Below are positions 11,286 through 24,800 of a stretch of DNA of 64,000 bases, piece by piece; position 1 is the stretch's first letter; each line of letters starts with the position of its first letter. Origin of the DNA: Nemertoderma westbladi (taxonomy: Eukaryota > Animalia > Xenacoelomorpha); contig JAUCBJ010002510.1 in assembly GCA_032718475.1 (NCBI GenBank), forward strand, positions 1 to 64,000, given 5' to 3'. The position numbers and the translations under genes are program-made. The notes under the pieces were generated by a model that worked only from the letters and a program-made list of their open reading frames with translations, was not told where the DNA came from and did not search any database.

Positions 11286-13480
11286 ATTTAATTAATATGA
11301 ATTTTGCTGCAGATATAAATGAATGTTCTATCAATACTGATGATTGCCACAGCAATGCAACATGTACAAATACAAATGGCGGATATTCTTGCGAATGTAA
11401 TTCAGGATATAATGGTGATGGTGTTTTGTGCACTGGTATGTAATTATGATAAGTCTCGCAAACAATAAAATATTCAATATTAAAAAGTGTTACAAAGAAT
11501 CATTAATGGATATTGCACGTGAGAAAGATTATAATTTTTGTGAATCTAATATAAAAATTATACTTATTTAATTAATATGAATTTTGCTGCAGATATAAAT
11601 GAATGTTCTATCAATACTGATGATTGCCACAGCAATGCAACATGTACAAATACAAATGGCGGATATTCTTGCGAATGTAATTCAGGATATAATGGTGATG
11701 GTGTTTTGTGCACTGGTATGTAATTATGATATGTCTCGCAAACAATAAAATAATCAATATTAAAAAGTGTTACAAAGAAGCATTAATGGATGTTGCACGT
11801 GAGAAAGATTATAATTTTTGTGAATCTAATATAAAAATTATACTTATTTAATTAATATGAATTTTGCTGCAGATATAAATGAATGTTCTATCAATACTGA
11901 TGATTGCCACAGCAATGCAACATGTACAAATACAAATGGCGGATATTCTTGCGAATGTAATTCAGGATATAATGGTGATGGTGTTTTGTGCACTGGTATG
12001 TAATTATGATAAGTCTCGCAAACAATAAAATATTCAATATTAAAAAGTGTTACAAAGAAGCATTAATGGATGTTGCACGTGAGAAAGATTATAATTTTTG
12101 TGAATCTAATATACAAATTATACTTATTTAATTAATATGAATTTTGCTGCAGATATAAATGAATGTTCTATCAATACTGATGATTGCCACAGCAATGCAA
12201 CATGTACAAATACAAATGGCGGATATTCTTGCGAATGTAATTCAGGATATAATGGTGATGGTGTTTTGTGCACTGGTATGTAATTATGATAAGTCTCGCA
12301 AACAATAAAATATTCAATATTAAAAAGTGTTACAAAGAAGCATTAATGGATGTTGCACGTGAGAAAGATTATAATTTTTGTGAATCTAATATAAAAATTA
12401 TACTTATTTAATTAATATGAATTTTGCTGCAGATATAAATGAATGTTCTATCAATACTGATGATTGCCACAGCAATGCAACATGTACAAATACAAATGGT
12501 GGATATTCTTGCGAATGTAATTCAGGATATAATGGTGATGGTGTTTTGTGCACTGGTATGTAATTATGATAAGTCTCGCAAACAATATAATATTCAATAT
12601 TCAAAAGTGTTACAATGAACCATTAATGGATATTGCACGTGAGAAAGATTTATAATTTTTGTGAATCTAATATAAAAATTATACTTATTTAATTAATATC
12701 AATTTTGCTGCAGATATAAATGAATGTTCTATCAATACTGATGATTGCCACAGCAATGCAACATGTACAAATACAAATGGAGGATATTCTTGCGAATGTA
12801 ATTCAGGATATAATGGTGATGGTGTTTTGTGCACTGGTATGTAATTATGATAAGTCTCGCAAACAATAAAATATTCAATATTAAAAAGTGTTAAAAAGAA
12901 GCATTAATGGATGTTGCTCGTGAGAAAGATTTATAATTTTTGTGAATCTAATATAAAAATTATACTTATTTAATTAATATGAATTTTGCTGCAGATATAA
13001 ATGAATGTTCTATCAATACTGATGATTGCCACAGCAATGCAACATGTACAAATACAAATGGTGGATATTCTTGCGAATGTAATTCAGGATATAATGGTGA
13101 TGGTGTTTTGTGCACTGGTATGTAATTATGATATGTCTCGCAAACAATAAAATATTCAATATTAAAAAGTGTTACAAAGAAGCATTAATGGATGTTGCTC
13201 GTGAGAAAGATTTATAATTTTTGTGAATCTAATAATATTATAATATCATTAAAAATTATACTTATTTAATTAATATGAATTTTGCTGCAGATATAAATGA
13301 ATGTTCTATCAATACTGATGATTGCCACAGCAATGCAACATGTACAAATACAAATGGCGGATATTCTTGCGAATGTAATTCAGGATATAATGGTGATGGT
13401 GTTTTGTGCACTGGTATGTAATTATGATATGTCTCACAAACAATAAAATAATCAATATTAAAAAGTGTTACAAAGAATCA
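11286..13480 (+). repeat. Tandem array of about 280-bp exon+intron units (8 copies)
   Basis: Periods are 280, 280, 280, 280, 281, 281 and 296 bp, and the introns are almost identical. Confidence 0.95.
11313..13413 (+). CDS. Eight 123-bp calcium-binding EGF exons of a mucin-like gene: 11313-11435, 11593-11715, 11873-11995, 12153-12275, 12433-12555, 12714-12836, 12995-13117, 13291-13413
   Basis: Each is flanked by ttgctgcAG and GTatgt, is phase 1-1, and encodes DINECSINTDDCHSNATCTNTNGGYSCECNSGYNGDGVLCT (cbEGF consensus, six Cys, NAT sequon). Confidence 0.93.
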
Positions 13481-13586
13481 TTCTATCTCTCATACAATAA
13501 ATAATAGATATTACAGAGTGTTATTACCAAATGTTGTGTTATAAATTGTGTTATAGTTACCAACAATGTAATGTAATTATTATGAT

Positions 13587-14849
13587 AAAAAAGTTGGGCT
13601 AGAAACAATCGAATAAGGGGGGACAGCTCCTGAATGGAGTGGCGGGTGTGTTTTTTGTAAAAGCATGTGGAAACGGTCGAAATTGCGGGTTTAAGTATGC
13701 GCGGGAAGCCAATTTTAAAAATCGGCAGTGATTGGCTGCTACATATTTGACGTCATTACGCAGTGCTCTGATAATTTATTATCTTGGATTCTATGGATAG
13801 AGATTTTCTATCGATTTAAATACATATTAAATCTCAATTATTTCACACGTGGCCTATATCAATTGAAAGCGGAGAGTCTTGCGCGTCTTTTGACACTACA
13901 ATTATATAATTTAATTATTGTGATGTTCATTGATAAAATGAATCAATTCATAATTATAAACCCGTAGATTGCCTGACCGGAATGCAATTAGTATGACTGA
14001 ACCACTCAGCCCTACCCACCTATTGCATTGCAGTATCGGAGTATTGCTGTATTGCAGCTTAAGTTCATTAAGTTGAAATGTTTAGCGGTCAGCGGTAGCT
14101 TGAGAGTGATAAAGCGGTAGGTTTACTCAACTTAATGAACTTAAGCAACAATACAGCAATAGGCCTACTATGGGCGCCAAAAGTCAATGAAAACTCGGAC
14201 TATGAACTATGGCATATAACTATAGCCATATGGCTATACTCGGCTCGGACTCGGACTCGGACCCGGACTCGGACTACTAACTTAGAACTATGACTGATAG
14301 CTCGGAGCGAGAACTCGGACTGATAACTAAGAACGAGAACTCGGACTGAGAATTTTCAATGACTTTTGGCACCATTTCCTACTCCGATATTGCAATGCAA
14401 TAGGTGGCTATAGTTGGTGAGTGCTGCTTGCATACGGGGTCAGGCAATCTACCAAGTTTGCAAAATTGCAAACAGTATTTTATCAATGTTCATGATCATG
14501 AATTTAAGTTATTGCAGTGTTAAAAGACTTAACTTTCCGCTTTCATTTGATATAAGCCACGTGTAAAATGATTGAGATTAAATGTGTGTTTGAATGGATC
14601 TAAAATCCCCCTCCATAGAAACCAAGATAAGAAATTATCAGAGCACTGTGTGCCTAGTGACATAAAATATGTAGCAGCCAATCACAGCCGATTTTCAAAA
14701 TTGTAATCCCGGGCTTACTTAAACCCGCCATTTCGACCGTTTCCACATGTTTTTACAAAAAAAACACACCCCGCCACTCGATTCAGGGCACTTTGTTACC
14801 CCTTATTCGATTGTTTCTAGCCCAACAATTTTTTAGCGCACCAACCCTA
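13587..14849. mobile_element. Intronic foldback MITE with long imperfect inverted arms and a nested small TIR element holding (CTCGGA)n
   Basis: GTTGGGCTAGAAACAATCGAATAAGGGG... is mirrored by ...CCCCTTATTCGATTGTTTCTAGCCCAAC. Inner inverted termini lie near 14170-14197 and 14348-14375. A short fragment of the same family is at about 11120-11180. Confidence 0.8.
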
Positions 14850-15162
14850 TTATAAACAGTATTTATAGTTACCAACAATGTATTGTAATTATAAACAGTA
14901 TTGTGTAGTTAACAACTGGTAGATCAAATTAATGATTTATTGTATGGCTCTATTATAGTGGTGTACAAAGTTGATTTGATATATAATAATTAAATATTTT
15001 AAGAATAATACTGGACGAATTGAAATGGAATAATGTGTTCTCAGAAATTTTGGAGCCGATACTTTGTATTTATGACATAAACAATTGTTTTTCTTACGGA
15101 AAAATGCATTAAGGTGAATCCAAAGAAAGCATTCTGAAAATATGAATAGATAATATTCCAAA

Positions 15163-15712
15163 GGTGTACGGACAATACCGACCCGGACAATTCCGACCCA
15201 CTCAGAGCTCGAATGACATTTTCATGGGTCGGAATTGTACGGATCCAGCATTGGACAATTCCGACCCAAATAATTAAAAAAAATAAAAATAATAAATAAT
15301 CATTATATTTAACATCACATTGTATTATTATTCAACATAAGATTGCTGTATCCATGGATATTCTTCGTTCGAGACACGTTTGCTATGTAATTTTATAGTT
15401 TCTTAGTACTTTTCGAATTGAGTGTATTCGGTACTAGTGTGTTTTGGGAACACCCCCACAATTTTAATAATAGCTAGATTTTGACACTGTTGTTGAAAAT
15501 GTTCTAAAACATATCAGCTATCAATTAAGAAAAGCATTAGTGTTCTAGAACACAGATTTTTATTATTGATTACCGGTAATTTATATTAATTACTTTTATT
15601 TATTTGATTCCGGACAATTCCATCCCGGACAATTCCGACCTAGGACAATTACGATCCGGACAATTACGACCCATGCTTGGAATTGTCATTCCGGCTCGGA
15701 ATTGTCCGGATC
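15163..15712. mobile_element. MITE-like element with direct and inverted GGACAATTCCGACCC subrepeats
   Basis: Clusters of the 15-bp motif at 15170-15270 and 15610-15712 in both orientations. Confidence 0.6.
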
Positions 15713-15810
15713 CTGCTCCTATTCAAACGTTAAAAAAAGTTATCTGAAAATTTAATGTTCATTTTTTCTAATAATATACACATAATCAAATATGATTCTA
15801 ATCGTTATAG

Positions 15811-18800
15811 AAACAACAACACCTGGACAAACAACAACCCCTGAAGAAACAACAACCACTGGACAAACAACAACACCTGGAGAAACAACAACACCTGGAC
15901 AAACAACAACACCTGGAGAAACAACAACCCCTGGACAAACAACAACCCCTGAACAAACAACAACACCTGAACAAACAACAACACCTGAACAAACAACAAC
16001 CCCTGGACAAACAACAACACCGGGAGAAACAACAACACCGGGAGAAACAACAACCCCTGGACAAACAACAACCCCTGGACAAACAACAACACCTGGAGAA
16101 ACAACAACCCCTGGACAAACAACAACACCTGGAGAAACAACAACACCTGGAGAAACAACAACACCTGGACAAACAACAACACCTGGAGAAACAACAACCC
16201 CTGGACAAACAACAACCCCTGAACAAACAACAACACCTGAACAAACAACAACACCTGGAGAAACAACAACTCCTGGACAAACAACAACACCTGGAGAAAC
16301 AACAACACCTGGACAAACAACAACCGCTCAACAAACAACAACCCCTGGACAAACAACAACACCGGGAGAAACAACAACACCGGGAGAAACAACAACACCG
16401 GGAGAAACAACAACACCTGAAGAAACAACAACCTCTGGACAAACAACAACACCTGGAGAAACAACAACCCCTGAAGAAACAACAACACCGGGAGAAACAA
16501 CAACCCCTGGACAAACAACAACACCTGGAGAAACAACAACCCCTGGACAAACAACAACACCTGGAGAAACAACAACCCCTGGACAAACAACAACCCCTGA
16601 ACAAACAACAACACCTGAACAAACAACAACACCTGGAGAAACAACAACCCCTGGACAAACAACAACACCTGGAGAAACAACAACACCTGGACAAACAACA
16701 ACCGCTCAACAAACAACAACCGCTCAACAAACAACAACCCCTGGACAAACAACAACACCGGGAGAAACAACAACACCGGGAGAAACAACAACACCTGAAG
16801 AAACAACAACCTCTGGACAAACAACAACACCTGGAGAAACAACAACCCCTGAAGAAACAACAACACCGGGAGAAACAACAACACCTGGAGAAACAACAAC
16901 ACCGGGAGAAACAACAACACCTGAACAAACAACAACACCTGGACAAACAACAACCCATGGACAAACAACAACACCGGAAGAAACAACAACACCGGGAGAA
17001 ACAACAACCCCTGGACAAACAACAACCCCTGGACAAACAACAACCCCTGGACAAACAACAACACCTGGACAAACAACAACCCCTGAAGAAACAACAACAC
17101 CTGGAGAAACAACAACACCTGAACAAACAACAACCCCTGGACAAACAACAACATCTGAAGAATCAACAACACCGGGAGAAACAACAACCCCTGTAGAAAC
17201 AACAACACCGGGAGAAACAACAACACCTGGACAAACAACAACCCCTGAAGAAACAACAACACCTGGAGAAACAACAACACCTGAACAAACAACAACACCT
17301 GAACAAACAACAACCCCTGGACAAACAACAACATCTGAAGAATCAACAACACCGGGAGAAACAACAACCCCTGTAGAAACAACAACACCGGGAGAAACAA
17401 CAACACCTGGACAAACAACAACCCCTGGAGAAACAACAACACCTGGACAAACAACAACACCTGGAGAAATAACAACCCCTGGACAAACAACAACACCTGG
17501 AGAAACAACAACACCTGGACAAACAACAACCCCTGAACAAACAACAACACCTGAACAAACAACAACCCCTGGACAAACAACAACACCGGGAGAAACAACA
17601 ACACCGGGAGAAACAACAACCCCTGGACAAACAACAACCCCTGGACAAACAACAACCCCTGGACAAACAACAACACCTGGACAAACAACAACCCCTGAAG
17701 AAACAACAACACCTGGAGAAACAACAACACCTGGACAAACAACAACCCATGGACAAACAACAACACCGGAAGAAACAACAACACCGGGAGAAACAACAAC
17801 CCCTGGACAAACAACAACCCCTGGACAAACAACAACCCCTGGACAAACAACAACACCTGGACAAACAACAACCCCTGAAGAAACAACAACACCTGGAGAA
17901 ACAACAACCCCTGGAGAAACAACAACACCTGGAGAAACAACAACACCTGGACAAACAACAACACCGGGAGAAACAACAACACCTGGACAAACAACAACAC
18001 CTGGAGAAATAACAACCCCTGGACAAACAACAACACCTGGAGAAACAACAACACCTGAACAAACAACAACACCTGAAGAATCAACAACACCGGGAGAAAC
18101 AACAACCCCTGTAGAAACAACAACACCAGGAGAAACAACAACACCTGGACAAACAACAACCCCTGGACAAACAACAACCCCTGAAGAAACAACAACACCT
18201 GGAGAAACAACAACCCCTGGAGAAACAACAACACCTGGAGAAACAACAACACCTGGACAAACAACAACACCGGGAGAAACAACAACACCTGGACAAACAA
18301 CAACACCTGGAGAAATAACAACCCCTGGACAAACAACAACACCGGAAGAAACAACAACCCCTGGACAAACAACAACCCCTGGACAAACAACAACCCCTGG
18401 ACAAACAACAACACCTGGACAAACAACAACCCCTGAAGAAACAACAACACCTGGAGAAACAACAACCCCTGGAGAAACAACAACACCTGGAGAAACAACA
18501 ACACCTGGACAAACAACAACACCGGGAGAAACAACAACACCTGGACAAACAACAACACCTGGAGAAATAACAACCCCTGGACAAACAACAACACCTGGAG
18601 AAACAACAACACCTGAACAAACAACAACACCTGAAGAATCAACAACACCGGGAGAAACAACAACCCCTGTAGAAACAACAACACCAGGAGAAACAACAAC
18701 ACCTGGACAAACAACAACCCCTGGACAAACAACAACCCCTGAACAAACAACAACACCTGAACAAACAACAACCCCTGGACAAACAACAACACCGGGAGAA

Positions 18801-21800
18801 ACAACAACACCGGGAGAAACAACAACCCTTGGACAAACAACAACCCCTGGACAAACAACAACCCCTGGACAAACAACAACACCTGGACAAACAACAACCC
18901 CTGAAGAAACAACAACACCTGGAGAAACAACAACACCTGGACAAACAACAACCCATGGACAAACAACAACACCGGAAGAAACAACAACACCGGGAGAAAC
19001 AACAACCCCTGGACAAACAACAACCCCTGGACAAACAACAACCCCTGGACAAACAACAACACCTGGACAAACAACAACCCCTGAAGAAACAACAACACCT
19101 GGAGAAACAACAACACCTGAACAAACAACAACACCTGAACAAACAACAACCCCTGGACAAACAACAACATCTGAAGAATCAACAACACCAGGAGAAACAA
19201 CAACCCCTGGACAAACAACAACCCCTGGACAAACAACAACACCTGGACAAACAACAACCCCTGGAGAAACAACAACACCTGGAGAAACAACAACACCTGG
19301 ACAAACAACAACACCGGGAGAAACAACAACACCTGGACAAACAACAACACCGGGAGAAACAACAACACCTGGACAAACAACAACACCTGGAGAAATAACA
19401 ACCCCTGGACAAACAACAACACCTGGAGAAACAACAACACCTGAACAAACAACAACACCTGAAGAATCAACAACACCGGGAGAAACAACAACCCCTGTAG
19501 AAACAACAACACCAGGAGAAACAACAACACCTGGACAAACAACAACCCCTGGACAAACAACAACCCCTGAAGAAACAACAACACCTGGAGAAACAACAAC
19601 ACCTGGACAAACAACAACCCCTGGACAAACAACAACCCCTGAAGAAACAACAACACCTGGAGAAACAACTACACCTGGACAAACAACAACCCCTGGACAA
19701 ACAACAACACCTGGAGAAACAACAACCCCTGAACAAACAACAACACCTGAACAAACAACAACACCTGAACAAACAACAACCCCTGGACAAACAACAACAC
19801 CGGGAGAAATAACAACACCGGGAGAAACAACAACCCCTGGACAAATAACAACCCCTGCACAAACAACAACCCCTGGACAAACAACAACTCCTGGAGAAAC
19901 AACAACCCCTGGACAAACAACAACACCTGGAGAAACAACAACATCTGGAGAAACAACAACACCGGGAGAAACAACAACACCTGGACAAACAACAACCCCT
20001 GGACAAACAACAACCCCTGGACAAACAATAACACCTGGAGAAACAACAACCCCTGGACAAACAACAACACCGGGAGAAACAACAACTCCTGTAGAAACAA
20101 CAACACCGGGAGAAACAACAACACCTAGACAAACAACAACACCTGGAGAAACAACAACCCCTGGACAAACAACAACCCCTGGACAAACAACAACACCTGA
20201 ACAAACAACAACCCCTGGACAAACAACAACACCTGGAGAAACAACAACCCCTGGACAAACAACAACCCCTGGACAAACAACAACACCTGGACAAACAACA
20301 ACCCCTGGACAAACAACAACCCCTGAAGAAACAACAACACCTGGAGAAACAACAACACCTGGACAAACAACAACCCCTGAACAAACAACAACCCCTGAAG
20401 AAACAACAACACCTGAAGAAACAACAACACCGGGAGAAACAACAACTCCTGTAGTAACAACAACACCGGAAGAAACAACAACACCTGGACAAACAACAAC
20501 CCCTGGACAAACAATAACTCCTGAAGAAACAACAACACCTGGAGAAACAACAACACCTGGACAAACAACAACCCATGGACAAACAACAACACCTGGAGAA
20601 ACAACAACCCCTGGACAAACAACAACCCCTGGACAAACAACAACACCTGGACAAACAACAACCCCTGGACAAACAACAACCCCTGAAGAAACAACAACAC
20701 CTGGAGAAACAACAACACCTGGACAAACAACAACCCCTGGACAAACAACAACCCCTGAAGAAACAACAACACCTGGAGAAACAACAACCCCTGGACAAAC
20801 AACAACCCCTGGACAAACAACAACACCTGGAGAAACAACAACCTCTGGACAAACAACAACACCTGGAGAAACAACAACCCCTGGAGAAACAACAACCCCT
20901 GGACAAACAACAACCCCTGGACAAACAACAACACCTGGAGAAACAACAACCCCTGGACAAACAACAACACCTGGAGAAACAACAACCCCTGGACAAACAA
21001 CAACCCCTGGACAAACAACAACACCTGGAGAAACAACAACACCTGAACAAACAACAACACCTGAACAAACAACAACCCCTGGACAAACAACAACATCTGA
21101 AGAATCAACAACACCGGGAGAAACAACAACCCCTGTAGAAACAACAACACCGGGAGAAACAACAACACCTGGACAAACAACAACCCCTGAAGAAACAACA
21201 ACACCTGGAGAAACAACAACACCTGGACAAACAACAACACCGGGAGAAACAACAACACCTGGACAAACAACAACACCTGGAGAAATAACAACCCCTGGAC
21301 AAACAACAACACCTGGAGAAACAACAACACCTGAACAAACAACAACACCTGAAGAATCAACAACACCGGGAGAAACAACAACCCCTGTAGAAACAACAAC
21401 ACCGGGAGAAACAACAACACCTGGACAAACAACAACCCCTGGACAAACAACAACCCCTGAAGAAACAACAACACCTGGAGAAACAACAACACCTGGACAA
21501 ACAACAACCCCTGGACAAACAACAACCCCTGAAGAAACAACAACACCTGGAGAAACAACAACACCTGGACAAACAACAACCCCTGGACAAACAACAACAC
21601 CTGGAGAAACAACAACCCATGAACAAACAACAACACCTGAACAAACAACAACACCTGAACAAACAACAACCCCTGGACAAACAACAACACCGGGAGAAAG
21701 AACAACACCGGGAGAAACAACAACCCCTGGACAAACAACAACCCCTGCACAAACAACAACCCCTGGACAAACAACAACACCTGGAGAAACAACAACCCCT

Positions 21801-24800
21801 GGACAAACAACAACACTTGGAGAAACAACAACACCTGGAGAAACAACAACACCTGGAGAAACAACAACACCGGGAGAAACAACAACACCTGGACAAACAA
21901 CAACACCTGAAGAAACAACAACCCCTGGACAAACAACAACCCCTGGACAAACAACAACCCCTGGACAAACAACAACACCTGGAGAAACAACAACCCCTGA
22001 AGAAACAACAACACCTGGACAAACAACAACCTCTGAAGAAACAACAACACCTGGGGAAACAACAACACCTGAACAAACAACAACACCTGAACAAACAACA
22101 ACCCCTGAAGAAACAACAACACCTGGAGAAACAACAACACCTGAACAAACAACAACTCCTGAAGAAACAACAACACCTGGAGAAACAACAACACCTGGAC
22201 AAACAACAACCCATGGACAAACAACAACACCTGGAGAAACAACAACCCCTGGACAAACAACAACCCCTGGACAAACAACAACACCTGGACAAACAACAAC
22301 CCCTGGACAAACAACAACCACTGAAGAAACAACAACACCTGGAGAAACAACAACACCTGGACAAACAACAACCCCTGAACAAACAACAACCCCTGAAGAA
22401 ACAACAACACCTGGAGAAACAACAACACCTGAACAAACAACAACACCTGGACAAACAACAACCCCTGGACAAACAACAACCCCTGAAGAAACAACAACAC
22501 CTGGAGAAACAACAACACCTGGACAAACAACAACCCCTGGACAAACAACAACCCCTGAAGAAACAACAACACCTGGAGAAACAACAACACCTGGACAAAC
22601 AACAACCCCTGGACAAACAACAACACCTGGAGAAACAACAACCCCTGAACAAACAACAACACCTGAACAAACAACAACATCTGAACAAACAACAACCCCT
22701 GGACAAACAACAACACCGGGAGAAACAACAACACCGGGAGAAACAACAACCCCTGGACAAACAACAACCCCTGCACAAACAACAACCCCTGGACAAACAA
22801 CAACACCTGGAGAAACAACAACCCCTGAACAAACAACAACACCTGAACAAACAACAACACCTGAACAAACAACAACCCCTGGACAAACAACAACACCGGG
22901 AGAAACAACAACACCGGGAGAAACAACAACCCCTGGACAAACAACAACCCCTGCACAAACAACAACCCCTGGACAAACAACAACACCTGGAGAAACAACA
23001 ACCCCTGGACAAACAACAACACCTGGAGAAACAACAACACCTGGAGAAACAACAACACCTGGAGAAACAACAACACCGGGAGAAACAACAACACCTGGAC
23101 AAACAACAACACCTGAAGAAACAACAACCCCTGGACAAACAACAACCCCTGGACAAACAACAACCCCTGGACAAACAACAAGCCCTGGAGAAACAACAAC
23201 ACCTGGAGAAACAACAACACCTGGAGAAACAACAACACCGGGAGAAACAACAACACCTGGACAAACAGCAACACCTGAAGAAACAACAACCCCTGGACAA
23301 ACAACAACCCCTGGAGAAACAACAACCCCTGGACAAACAACAACACCTGGAGAAACAACAACCCCTGAAGAAACAACAACACCTGGACAAACAACAACCC
23401 CTGAAGAAACAACAACACCTGGAGAAACAACAACACCTGAACAAACAACAACACCTGAACAAACAACAACCCCTGAAGAAACAACAACACCTGGAGAAAC
23501 AACAACACCTGAACAAACAACAACACCTGAAGAAACAACAACACCTGGAGAAACAACAACACCTGGACAAACAACAACACCTGAACAAACAACAACACCT
23601 GAAGAAACAACAACACCGGGAGAAACAACAACTCCTGTAGTAACAACAACACCGGGAGAAACAACAACACCTGGACAAACAACAACCCCTGGACAAACAA
23701 CAACTCCTGAAGAAACAACAACACCTGGAGAAACAACAACACCTGGACAAACAACAACCCATGGACAAACAACAACACCTGGAGAAACAACAACCCCTGG
23801 ACAAACAACAACCCCTGGACAAACAACAACACCTGGACAAACAACAACCCCTGGACAAACAACAACCCCTGAAGAAACAACAACACCTGGAGAAACAACA
23901 ACACCTGGACAAACAACAACCCCTGAACAAACAACAACCCCTGAAGAAACAACAACACCTGGAGAAACAACAACACCTGAACAAACAACAACACCTGGAC
24001 AAACAACAACCCCTGGACAAACAACAACCCCTGAAGAAACAACAACACCTGGAGAAACAACAACACCTGGACAAACAACAACCCCTGGACAAACAACAAC
24101 CCCTGAAGAAACAACAACACCTGGAGAAACAACAACACCTGGACAAACAACAACCCCTGGACAAACAACAACACCTGGAGAAACAACAACCCCTGAACAA
24201 ACAACAACACCTGAACAAACAACAACACCTGAACAAACAACAACCCCTGGACAAACAACAACACCGGGAGAAACAACAACACCGGGAGAAACAACAACCC
24301 CTGGACAAACAACAACCCCTGCACAAACAACAACCCCTGGACAAACAACAACACCTGGAGAAACAACAACCCCTGGACAAACAACAACACCTGGAGAAAC
24401 AACAACACCTGGAGAAACAACAACACCTGGAGAAACAACAACACCGGGAGAAACAACAACACCTGGACAAACAACAACACCTGAAGAAACAACAACCCCT
24501 GGACAAACAACAACCCCTGGACAAACAACAACCCCTGGACAAACAACAACACCTGGAGAAACAACAACCCCTGAAGAAACAACAACACCTGGACAAACAA
24601 CAACCCCTGAAGAAACAACAACACCTGGAGAAACAACAACACCTGAACAAACAACAACACCTGAACAAACAACAACCCCTGAAGAAACAACAACACCTGG
24701 AGAAACAACAACACCTGAACAAACAACAACACCTGAAGAAACAACAACACCTGGAGAAACAACAACACCTGGACAAACAACAACCCATGGACAAACAACA

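Noticed and set aside
15792-15810. ATG at 15792 as the mucin start codon
   Set aside because: No signal peptide follows, and the ATG lies in the acceptor region of a phase-matched intron.
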